This document shows positions 29,507 to 37,578 of a stretch of DNA of 64,000 nt, in pieces (position 1 is the first letter of the stretch; each line of letters begins with the position of its first letter). The stretch covers positions 76,197-140,196 of the forward strand of contig JAUWIB010000089.1 of the NCBI GenBank assembly GCA_030605565.1. The letters run 5' to 3'. Made by a program: the position numbers and the translations under genes. Below the pieces are notes generated by a model, which had not been told where the DNA came from, did not search any database, and worked only from the letters and a program-made list of their open reading frames with translations. The stretch comes from a bacterium. Its GTDB lineage: Bacteria > Zixibacteria > MSB-5A5 > GN15 > FEB-12.

Positions 29507-32230
29507 ATGAGAAGAGACACCCGGCCCGCGTGGTTGGTTTTGCTGGTTCTAATGTTAATGGCTGTGACCTCGTCGGCGCAACTCATGCCGTCGTCTGCGG
29601 TCTCGTCAACGCAACTCATGCCATCGGCCTTTACCTCACCTGATAGCGGCTACCTCACCAACACAGCTATCGATATCATCGAACATGCCGGCGGTGTCTG
29701 GCTGGCCACCGGTGAAGGCCTCAACGCGACAGCCGACGGCGGCCTGACCTGGTCGATTCACAACTCGGCTTCAGGTGGCTCGCAACCGCTCATCAGCGAC
29801 AACATCTCGGCCATCTTCTCTGTTGGAGGACGGCTGTGGGTCGGCTCGAATCATAGTGAGGTGATCGATGGTCGGTTGTACACTCTCTCCGATGGCGTCT
29901 CCTATTCCGACGACAACGGACTCAACTGGACCCAGATCGACTTCTCACCGGCGGGCCAGAACATCCCGTTCGTGACAGGGGGCGACAGGGTGATCTATGA
30001 TATCACCGGTCACGATGAGTGGCTGTTTTTCACTGCCTTCGCCGGTGGCTTCCTGGCCTCACGCGATGGTGGCAACAGTTGGCGGCGCATCTACGCGTCG
30101 AGTCTCGATTCGATCCAGTTCAATTCCGGTGGAGCGCCGTCATTTAGAAATCGTTACTTCTCCTGCGTTACTGACACCTCGCACGGTGACACCCTGGTGG
30201 TCTGGGCCGGTACGGCCGGTGGACTGATGGAGTTCATCTATGCGCCGCCGTGCGAGAAGCCATTCTCCAAGGTGATCAATCGCATCGCATTTTGTGATGA
30301 GTGTACCGACAGCAGCTTTGTTTTCTTCGGCGGCAACGATGGAGTGACTCGTGGCATGATTACCGGGGCGCCGTACATAAGCCGCTTTGTTGAGGACGGT
30401 CTACCGGGATCACAAGTATCAGCCATAATCGATTTCCGCGGGCGGCTATTCGCAGGGACGATCGATCCCGACCTGGACGTTCCGACCGGTCTGGCTATCT
30501 CCGATGATCGCGGTGAGTCGTTCTATTCGTCGGGTGCTTTTTCCGGCGATACCATTTCCGATTTCACGGTTATAGGTGAGCGTCTCTACATGGCTGCACA
30601 GGAAAACGGCCTGGTTACCTCGGTCGACTTCGGAACAACCTGGCAACGAATACTGATCGATCCGGCGGATCCGCCGGCCCTGAAAAACATCGTCAACTCT
30701 GTTTTCGCCGTGGACGAAATCGACGGTTTGCTGTTGGCAGGAACCGACACCGGTTTGGCGCTACTGTATCTCGATCAAGTCGGTGTTATCGACTCACAGG
30801 AGTTTCACGCCTTTCCCGAATACGATTCCACCTCGCAGGGTGATGCCAGTTCGGCGCGTATCGTGCGAGCCAAGGCGCAACCGTTCTATAACTATATAGA
30901 CATGGACAGCTTAGTATACGACACCATACTACCGGACAGCGTGCAACTTGACACCGTCTACTATGTGGATACGATTCTGGATTCAATCGCCGTGTGGACG
31001 ATTCACCGCCCGCTGACTCTTGAGGGGCGTCCGATTGTGGGTCGACACAATATAGACAGCACGCGCTGGTTGAGGTTGCAGGTCGATGTTGTGACCAATG
31101 ATGTCAACTTCATCGGCGACACCGCCTATGTGGTCGGCGCGGCCGGTATCAGGTTCACTACCAGAGGCTTTAACCCCGGGTTGAATCCGGGGGAAATCCT
31201 GGAGGTGCAGCAGAAGGTTGGCGATATAGTCGTCGACGCTCTCACCGATGACGTTATAACCGCCATAGAGGTCAAGGGTGACACCCTGTTTATTGGAACC
31301 GACAATGGCTTCGCTGTGTCTTATACCTTTGACAATGATGAGCGGGAATATCGGATCGTGCGTGTGAATACGGACAGCCTGGCCGCCGACGCTGTCATTA
31401 CCCACACCCCGCTGAGTACGCTGGGCGGGTTGGTCGGAAGTTTCATCCCGGCCTTGAATGTTCAATATGTCGACGACGAATACGCCCGTATCTGGGTGTC
31501 GAACCGCCACCGCGAGTTGGGCGATACGGTCGCAGTCAGTGTTGGCCGGGTGGTTCCGGTCGATATTGACGGTGTCGAACTGCCGCCGGATGAGATCGAC
31601 CAGGCGGTCGGCTTTCAACGAAGGTGGAAGGCGCTCTACCGAGATGAGTTCGCGTGGAACTTCGCCTTTGACGGCAGTGCCGTTTTCGCTGCCACCAGTG
31701 GTGGGTTGGTGTACAATCTCGACGACACTTCGACCAGTTGGGACACGGTGGTAATGATTGACGCCGATGGTTACCCGATGCTCGGATACGCAGCGGCGGT
31801 CTACGGTGTTGAAGTGAGTCCGCCGTACTTGTGGGCGGGAACCGATGATCGCACGGTCCGATTTGATCTGGATGACTTCGACAATGGCGAGTCGTTCTTC
31901 GTTGTCGATTCGGCGTCGCCGCCCGATGAGGTCTATGCCTTCCCGGTGCCGTTTAGTCACACCCGTGATCCGGTGGTGGATTTTCATTTCGTCGTAACGT
32001 CACCGACGAATATCACGATTGAGATTTACGACTTTGCCATGAATTTGGTGGCGCGCGTAATCGACAACGAAAGCTATCCTCCGGGCATCTACCCCGGTGC
32101 GGGCGGGTATCGCGTCACCTGGGACGGCTATAACGGTCGCGGCGACCAGGTCGCTGTGGGCGTCTATTATTTCAAGGTCGAGTATGGCGGCGGCGATGTC
32201 CGCTGGGGTAAACTGGCGGTCATACCGTGA
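29507..32230 (+). CDS. Secreted Asp-box (BNR) beta-propeller protein with FlgD-Ig/T9SS-like C-terminal domain
   Basis: There is a signal peptide (AWLVLLVLMLMAVTSSA). Asp-box repeats are present: TADGGLTW, SDDNGLNW, SRDGGNSW, SVDFGTTW. The C-terminus reads ITIEIYDFAMNLVARV...YRVTWDGYNGRGDQVAVGVYYFKV. Confidence 0.7.
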   Translation: MRRDTRPAWLVLLVLMLMAVTSSAQLMPSSAVSSTQLMPSAFTSPDSGYLTNTAIDIIEHAGGVWLATGEGLNATADGGLTWSIHNSASGGSQPLISDNISAIFSVGGRLWVGSNHSEVIDGRLYTLSDGVSYSDDNGLNWTQIDFSPAGQNIPFVTGGDRVIYDITGHDEWLFFTAFAGGFLASRDGGNSWRRIYASSLDSIQFNSGGAPSFRNRYFSCVTDTSHGDTLVVWAGTAGGLMEFIYAPPCEKPFSKVINRIAFCDECTDSSFVFFGGNDGVTRGMITGAPYISRFVEDGLPGSQVSAIIDFRGRLFAGTIDPDLDVPTGLAISDDRGESFYSSGAFSGDTISDFTVIGERLYMAAQENGLVTSVDFGTTWQRILIDPADPPALKNIVNSVFAVDEIDGLLLAGTDTGLALLYLDQVGVIDSQEFHAFPEYDSTSQGDASSARIVRAKAQPFYNYIDMDSLVYDTILPDSVQLDTVYYVDTILDSIAVWTIHRPLTLEGRPIVGRHNIDSTRWLRLQVDVVTNDVNFIGDTAYVVGAAGIRFTTRGFNPGLNPGEILEVQQKVGDIVVDALTDDVITAIEVKGDTLFIGTDNGFAVSYTFDNDEREYRIVRVNTDSLAADAVITHTPLSTLGGLVGSFIPALNVQYVDDEYARIWVSNRHRELGDTVAVSVGRVVPVDIDGVELPPDEIDQAVGFQRRWKALYRDEFAWNFAFDGSAVFAATSGGLVYNLDDTSTSWDTVVMIDADGYPMLGYAAAVYGVEVSPPYLWAGTDDRTVRFDLDDFDNGESFFVVDSASPPDEVYAFPVPFSHTRDPVVDFHFVVTSPTNITIEIYDFAMNLVARVIDNESYPPGIYPGAGGYRVTWDGYNGRGDQVAVGVYYFKVEYGGGDVRWGKLAVIP

Positions 32231-32240
32231 GGAACTACCA

Positions 32241-33239
32241 ATGATAAGAATAAAAATATCAATTCCACTGGCGCTGGTAATGATCCTCAGCCTGGGTACC
32301 GCCCTCAATGCGGCCGATGGTGACGGCGGATACGCCGGCGCGTTCTTCCAGGTGCCGGTGGGCGCTCGGCCCACCGCCATGGGTGGCGCCTATCTCGCCA
32401 TCTCCAATGACGGCGCCGCGCCGATCTATAATCCCGCCGGGCTGGCCGGACTACAGCACAAGTTGTTTGCGTCGTCCTATCGTCTTATGAAACTGGATCG
32501 TCAGATCGGCTATGTCACCCTCATGTTTCCCACCCGGGGAAACTCGGCCTTAGGGCTGCACTGGCGTTATGCCGGGTCAGGTTCGGTCGATGTTCGCAAC
32601 GCCGATGGTGACAAGCTGGATCGCGAACTCAGCATGAACAACCATGACTTCTCAATAGTTTTTGCCAAACGTTTTGAGGATTTTCTTGCCGTTGGAGCCA
32701 AGATGTACTACCTGCACTCAGCCTTCGCCGAAATGAAAGCATTCTCGGTCGGGTTCGATGCGGGGTTCATGCTGTATATGGATCAACTAATACACGAGCG
32801 TGGTGAGTCGGAGGGCAGCCCCATTCGGGATATCCAGGTAGGGTTGACTCTGAAATACTTCGAGGCCAAGTACATTTGGAAGAACGAGGATTACATTTTC
32901 AGATATGTTGACGGCAGTTCTTTCGGCACGGAGCAGGAAGACAAAGTGCCGATTGAGATTGGGCTGGGGACCTCGGCGCGTTTCCTTCAGCGCAAGCTGC
33001 TGGTTGCCGCCGATCTGGTCAAGAACAGCCAGCAGGGCGCTGCTTTCCATGGTGGCGCGGAGTATTTCGTGCGACCGGAGTTTGCCGTCAGGGGCGGATT
33101 CTCCGACGGTCGCTTCACCGCCGGCACCGGCTATGTGTTTAATCTGGCCAACCGGGTGGTGGTAATTGACTACGCTTTCACGACCGATAAAGCGGACGAA
33201 GGGTCCGAACACGTGTTTTCATTTGAATTCCTCTTCTGA
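32241..33239 (+). CDS. PorV/PorQ-family outer-membrane beta-barrel protein (paralog 1)
   Basis: A signal peptide is followed by the family N-terminal motif GAFFQVPVGARPTAMGGAYLAISNDGAAPIYNPAGLA. I moved the start to ATG 32241, because the ORF-track start at 32097 overlaps the upstream gene. Confidence 0.7.
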   Translation: MIRIKISIPLALVMILSLGTALNAADGDGGYAGAFFQVPVGARPTAMGGAYLAISNDGAAPIYNPAGLAGLQHKLFASSYRLMKLDRQIGYVTLMFPTRGNSALGLHWRYAGSGSVDVRNADGDKLDRELSMNNHDFSIVFAKRFEDFLAVGAKMYYLHSAFAEMKAFSVGFDAGFMLYMDQLIHERGESEGSPIRDIQVGLTLKYFEAKYIWKNEDYIFRYVDGSSFGTEQEDKVPIEIGLGTSARFLQRKLLVAADLVKNSQQGAAFHGGAEYFVRPEFAVRGGFSDGRFTAGTGYVFNLANRVVVIDYAFTTDKADEGSEHVFSFEFLF

Positions 33240-33250
33240 GGTGCGCGGTA

Positions 33251-34177
33251 ATGAAGTATCATCTGACAACTCTGGTTTTGTTGACGATTATCAGTGTTCT
33301 GGGTTCCGCGGGGCCTCTGGGGGCGCAGGACCTCGAAGTAGTGGACGGTCTGTTCATGCTGAAGAACGACCATGGCGCGCGCGCCTCGGCTATGGGTGCA
33401 GCATCAGCGGCCATCATTGCCGACGCCAACGCGATTGTCTACAACCCGGCGGCCGCGGTAGGGCTGGACAAGTTCACCGCCTCGTTCGGACACACTGTCC
33501 ATTGGGAAAACATCCGCATGGAATCGGCTTTCTTCGGCACCGGTCTCACCCCCAGGCTCTATCTGCACGGCGGTATTCGCTATGGAGCCGCCGACAAGAT
33601 TGAAAAGCGCGGGATCGTACCTACCGAAGAACCCGAGGCAATTATTGATGCTCACGACATTTCGTTCAAGGCCGGCTTGGCTTACCGCATCTCACCGCGA
33701 GTCTCGGCAGGGGCGGCAATGGGCTGGTTTCTCGAAGAAATCGAGGGGTATCGGGGGAGCGCTTTCAATGTAGACCTCGGAGCGCAGGCCTCGATCAACG
33801 AGCAGCTTGACCTCGGCGCTGCGGTGACCAACCTTGGATCCGCCTTCACCATCACCAAAGCAAGCCAGAGAGGTTCCAACGACATTCCTCTGCCGACAGC
33901 GTACCGCGTCGGTGGATCCTATCTTTACCGCACGTACTATCGAGGTGTCATGGATCTCGTGTATTTCGACGACGTCTTTCATGTGCATCTCGGCGCTGAG
34001 GCCCAGTTGCACGAGATGCTCGGGATACGCGCCGGGTATATGAGCGGCTACGACACCAAGAACTTCACGGCCGGGGCATCGTTCGGCTATCGCAACATCA
34101 TAGTCGACTACGCCTTCGTGCCCTTCACGAGCAACCTGGGAACATCACATCTTTTCAATGTAACTTTCACCCTTTAG
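33251..34177 (+). CDS. PorV/PorQ-family outer-membrane beta-barrel protein (paralog 2)
   Basis: A signal peptide is followed by GARASAMGAASAAIIADANAIVYNPAAA. Alternating beta-strand patterns are present. The gene starts 11 nt after paralog 1. Confidence 0.7.
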   Translation: MKYHLTTLVLLTIISVLGSAGPLGAQDLEVVDGLFMLKNDHGARASAMGAASAAIIADANAIVYNPAAAVGLDKFTASFGHTVHWENIRMESAFFGTGLTPRLYLHGGIRYGAADKIEKRGIVPTEEPEAIIDAHDISFKAGLAYRISPRVSAGAAMGWFLEEIEGYRGSAFNVDLGAQASINEQLDLGAAVTNLGSAFTITKASQRGSNDIPLPTAYRVGGSYLYRTYYRGVMDLVYFDDVFHVHLGAEAQLHEMLGIRAGYMSGYDTKNFTAGASFGYRNIIVDYAFVPFTSNLGTSHLFNVTFTL

Positions 34178-34300
34178 ACCAGGACCGGGAACTTCACGGC
34201 CGGGGCATTGTTTTGCTATCGCAATATGGTTGTCAATTATGTCCTCGTGCTGTTCACGAGTAACCGGGAAGCATCATATCTCTTGAACTAAACCTTTACA
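34178..34300 (+). repeat. Degenerate tandem copy of the last ~120 nt of the preceding PorV-like gene
   Basis: aacttcacggccggggcat occurs at 34061 and again at 34190, an offset of 129 nt that preserves the frame. Copy 2 translates as NFTAGALFCYRNMVVNYVLVLFTSN..., versus NFTAGASFGYRNIIVDYAFVPFTSN... in the gene. Confidence 0.75.
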
Positions 34301-34328
34301 CTGTAATCTAACACTGGAGAAACACTTA

Positions 34329-35447
34329 ATGTCGAAGTACAAGATTGCCTGGCTGCCGGGCGATGGTGTCGGCAACGACGTAATGGAAGCGGCCAAAATC
34401 GTGCTGGATAAAATCGACCTGGACGCCGAGTACATCCACGGCGATATCGGCTGGGAGTTTTGGAAGACCGAAGCCAACCCGCTGCCGGATCGCACGGTTG
34501 ATCTTCTCAATAACGTCGACTGCGCGCTGTTCGGCGCCATCACATCAATGCCCAAAGAGGAATGCGAGCGGGAGTTGATATCTGAATTGCGAGGCAAAGG
34601 TCATGTCTACTCTTCACCGATCGTGCGGCTGCGTCAGGAGTTCAACTTGCGCACCAACCTGCGACCGTGCAAGGCGTATCCGGGCAACCCGCTCAATTAC
34701 GCAGATGGTATCGACATCGTGGTGTTCCGCGAAAACACGGAGGACTTGTACTCCGGCGTCGAGTTCTTCCCGCTGCCGGATGAAGTGCGCGCGACGGTGA
34801 CCAGGCACAACAAGAAGATGGCGCGGTTCGACAAGCATCCCGCCGACGAGATAGCTGTATCGCTGCGCATCAATACCAAGACCGGTTGTCGCAATATCGC
34901 TGTCGATGCGTTTGAGTATGCTAAGAAAACCGGACGCAAGAGTGTCACGGTGGTCGAGAAGCCCAACGTTGTCCGCGAGACGTCGGGACTGATGGTGCGT
35001 ACGACCCGCGAGGTGGCGAAGGACTATCCCGGTATCGAACTGTGGGAGACGAATATCGATGCCATGTGTATGTGGCTGATCAAGAACCCGATGGATTACT
35101 CGGTGCTGGTGACGACGAACCTGTTCGGTGATATCATCAGCGATCTCGCCGCCCAACTGGTCGGCGGCCTGGGGTTCGCTGCGTCCGGCAATATCGGCGA
35201 CAACGTCGCGGTGTTTGAGCCGACGCACGGCAGCGCACCCAAGTATGCCGGACAGTACAAGGTCAACCCGATGGCCATGCTGATTACCACTCGCATGATG
35301 CTGAGCTGGCTCGGTGAGGCCGACAAGGCGGACGCGCTTGAGAACGCCATCGCGGCAGTTATTAAAGAGGGCAAGGTCCGCACCTACGACATGGGCGGCA
35401 GCAACACGACCCTGGAGGTCGGCGAGGCAGTCGCGGCGAAGCTGTAG
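34329..35447 (+). CDS. Isocitrate/isopropylmalate dehydrogenase family protein
   Basis: IAWLPGDGVGNDV, NLRPCKAYPG and NLFGDIISDLAAQLVGGLGFAASGNIG are present. The substrate (IPM, homoisocitrate or isocitrate) cannot be decided from the sequence alone. Confidence 0.85.
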   Translation: MSKYKIAWLPGDGVGNDVMEAAKIVLDKIDLDAEYIHGDIGWEFWKTEANPLPDRTVDLLNNVDCALFGAITSMPKEECERELISELRGKGHVYSSPIVRLRQEFNLRTNLRPCKAYPGNPLNYADGIDIVVFRENTEDLYSGVEFFPLPDEVRATVTRHNKKMARFDKHPADEIAVSLRINTKTGCRNIAVDAFEYAKKTGRKSVTVVEKPNVVRETSGLMVRTTREVAKDYPGIELWETNIDAMCMWLIKNPMDYSVLVTTNLFGDIISDLAAQLVGGLGFAASGNIGDNVAVFEPTHGSAPKYAGQYKVNPMAMLITTRMMLSWLGEADKADALENAIAAVIKEGKVRTYDMGGSNTTLEVGEAVAAKL

Positions 35448-35457
35448 GAATGTCTGT

Positions 35458-35728
35458 GCCGTCGGGTGTCCCAGCTCGACGGCGCATTATGGGGCAGACG
35501 GGGACGTCTGCCGCCCATAGAATAAAGAGTGTCACCCTGAGCGGAGTCGAAGGGTTAACGGAGTCGAAGGGTGACGGGGGATTTAGATGATCGTTCGTGC
35601 GCGGCGTATGTCCACGTGCGCCGCGCGAATGTCAAGTGAGGGAGGGATACCATCTCCATGTGCCTGGGGGCCCGAGAGCTTGCTGTGGGTTCGGTAAGGT
35701 GTCAGGATCACAAGGATCCTGACCTACA
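35458..35728. repeat. BIME-like mosaic of five different palindromic units
   Basis: The hairpins lie at 35458-35483, 35493-35512, 35531-35575 (gtcaccc...gggtgac), 35593-35630 and 35698-35728. The last one is 31 nt long and identical to 36412-36442. Confidence 0.8.
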
Positions 35729-35774
35729 CGGACAAGCCGTGTTTCTCGCGCTTCGTGCGCCGCTAACTGAGCGG

Positions 35775-36377
35775 TTACGTGTGTTTGGTGAGTTGCTTCT
35801 GCAGAACCTTCCGCGCCGCCTGCAGGGCCAGGCCGCGGTGGGAGACGCGGTTCTTTTCCTCAAGCGTCATCTCCGAGAATCGTTTGTTCGCGGGTGGGTA
35901 GAAGAAGACCGGGTCGTACCCGAATCCCTCACGCCCGGCAACCTTTTCGGTGATGAAGCCATCAGCCGTGCCCTCACAGATATCGGTTTCGCCGTGGCCC
36001 CAATCGATAGCAATCACACACCGGAACCTCGCTGTACGCTTCGCATGTGGTACGCCTTGGAGTTCCTGTAGTAGCTTGCGGTTGTTGTCGGCGTAGGTGA
36101 CGTCCTCACCGGCGTAGCGTGATGAGTACACGCCCGGCGCGCCATCTAAGGCATCTACTTCGAGGCCGCTGTCATCGGCCAGCGCGGCATGACCGGTGAA
36201 CTCGGCGATGACACGTGCTTTCAAGCGCGCGTTTTCTTCGAGAGTCGTGCCGGTCTCTTCGGGGTCGGGGAATTCGAGGAAGTCATCGGCGGTCAGGACC
36301 GTCAACGGTGAATCGTCAAGGAGCAGCTTGATCTCCTTGATCTTGTCTATGTTGTTAGTCGCGAGTACGAGTTGCAT
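35775..36377 (-). CDS. rdgB: Non-canonical purine NTP pyrophosphatase (RdgB/HAM1 family)
   Basis: VLATNNIDKIKEI, ENARLKA, DDSGLEVDALDGAPGVYSSRYAG and FGYDPVF are present. I moved the start to ATG 36377, because the ORF-track N-terminal extension is translated from a REP hairpin. Confidence 0.85.
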   Translation of the reverse strand: MQLVLATNNIDKIKEIKLLLDDSPLTVLTADDFLEFPDPEETGTTLEENARLKARVIAEFTGHAALADDSGLEVDALDGAPGVYSSRYAGEDVTYADNNRKLLQELQGVPHAKRTARFRCVIAIDWGHGETDICEGTADGFITEKVAGREGFGYDPVFFYPPANKRFSEMTLEEKNRVSHRGLALQAARKVLQKQLTKHT

Positions 36378-36411
36378 GGCGTCAGTCAGTTTACCTTCCT
36401 CCAAGGGCGTC

Positions 36412-36708
36412 GGTGTCAGGATCACAAGGATCCTGACCTACAAGAACCCACCTGACGCTTTGCTATAGGTGGGGTGCCAGTGTCGAAACCACAGGAGTTT
36501 CGACCTACAACACTGGATTCCTGCTTTCGCAGGAATGACAGATTTGCGTTGCGGCAGGTCTTGCGAATCCGTGCCAATGGATTTGTGTGACCTGCCGCCC
36601 TCATCTGATATGTAGCTGTGTGTCAGGTCACAATCCCGTTGCCACGGGATCAAGACCTGACACAACGGCACAAGAGGTGTTCCAACACTCCCTTTCGCAG
36701 GAATGACA
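36412..36708. repeat. BIME-like mosaic of palindromic units
   Basis: The units are a 31-nt copy (36412-36442), gtcgaaaccacaggagtttcgacctac (36482-36508), attcctgctttcgcaggaatgaca (36517-36540), tgtcaggtc...gacctgaca (36621-36663) and ctttcgcaggaatgaca (36692-36708). Confidence 0.8.
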
Positions 36709-36750
36709 AGGGGTGTAAGACGCGCATCGCGCGAAAAGCAGACTTGTCTG

Positions 36751-37578
36751 TCAATACCCACTGATATCCACTCTCGTGACATTGTCCATCAGCTTGCCCA
36801 GAAAGCGGGTGGCGGCTTTGGAGAATTTCTCCGGCACATCGCTGACGAAAAACTTCCGCTTACCATTCGATGCATCCGGGTTCAACAGGTTCGCATCGGA
36901 AAGCGACTGCAGCGCCACGCGCGCGGTCTCCTCCCCGCTGTCGATAAGTGTGACTTTGTCACCCATGACATCGGCGATCACATCCTTGAGCAGCGGGTAA
37001 TGCGTGCAGCCCAACACGAGCGTGTCGATTTCGACATCGTGCATCGTCTGTAGGTAATCACGCGCGATCAGATAGGTCGCTTCTTGGTCGATGTATCCTT
37101 CCTCGGCCAACGGCACGAAGAGAGGACAGGCCAGCGAGAAGACTTTGATTTTCGCGTCGATGCGATGAATACATGCAGCATAGGCGTTGGAGCCGATAGT
37201 TGCATGGGTGCCGATGACACCGACGCGCCCGTTGGAGGTCCGCTCCACTGCCACCTGCGCGCCCGGCTCGATAACTCCGACGATTGATAGGTCGTAGTCA
37301 TCCTGCAACTCCTCAAGTGCTACCGACGAGGCAGAGTTGCAGGCACAGATGATGAACTTGACGTCGTGCTCCAGCAGGAAAGCGATATCCTGCCTCGTGA
37401 ACCGGGTGATGATCTCTTTAGAGCGACCGCCATACGGGTAGCGGCCGACGTCGCCGAAATAAACGACGTCCTCATTCGGCAGCAGCTTGAACAACTCCCG
37501 GGCGACGGTGAGGCCGCCCACGCCGGAGTCAAAGATACCGATCGGCGCCGTTGGTGAAATCGAGGAAGGGTTGATCAT
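36751..37578 (-). CDS. murI: Glutamate racemase
   Basis: [19 protein letters not shown] (catalytic Cys) and LGCTHYPLL (second Cys) are present. Confidence 0.9.
   Translation of the reverse strand: MINPSSISPTAPIGIFDSGVGGLTVARELFKLLPNEDVVYFGDVGRYPYGGRSKEIITRFTRQDIAFLLEHDVKFIICACNSASSVALEELQDDYDLSIVGVIEPGAQVAVERTSNGRVGVIGTHATIGSNAYAACIHRIDAKIKVFSLACPLFVPLAEEGYIDQEATYLIARDYLQTMHDVEIDTLVLGCTHYPLLKDVIADVMGDKVTLIDSGEETARVALQSLSDANLLNPDASNGKRKFFVSDVPEKFSKAATRFLGKLMDNVTRVDISGY

Noticed and set aside
29570-29632. A short direct repeat, (A/T)QLMPS(S/A), at the N-terminus of the propeller protein (gcaactcatgcc appears twice).
   Set aside because: It is only two copies of a 6-aa unit just after the signal peptide. 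This is probably a trivial local duplication in a linker and is not reported as a separate finding.
30983-31987. A 334-aa ORF antisense to the 907-aa propeller gene. Similar long antisense or shadow ORFs occur at 4372-5100, 11152-11832, 12519-13127, 34614-35228, 45759-46442, 47388-48020, 48172-48888, 54083-54775 and 63005-63529.
   Set aside because: Each lies fully inside a gene with clear family motifs on the other strand. Their translations are Arg/Gly/Pro/His-rich low-information sequence, typical of stop-poor antisense frames in high-GC DNA.
35658-36071. A 137-aa plus-strand ORF starting in the repeat mosaic and running antisense into rdgB.
   Set aside because: It begins inside REP sequence and is antisense to a well-supported rdgB. 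No motif is present.
35448-36750. A CRISPR array as the explanation for the dense palindromic repeats around rdgB and in other spacers.
   Set aside because: The units belong to several different sequence families. They are not regularly spaced, have no unique spacers of constant length, and no cas genes are nearby. The architecture fits REP/BIME elements.
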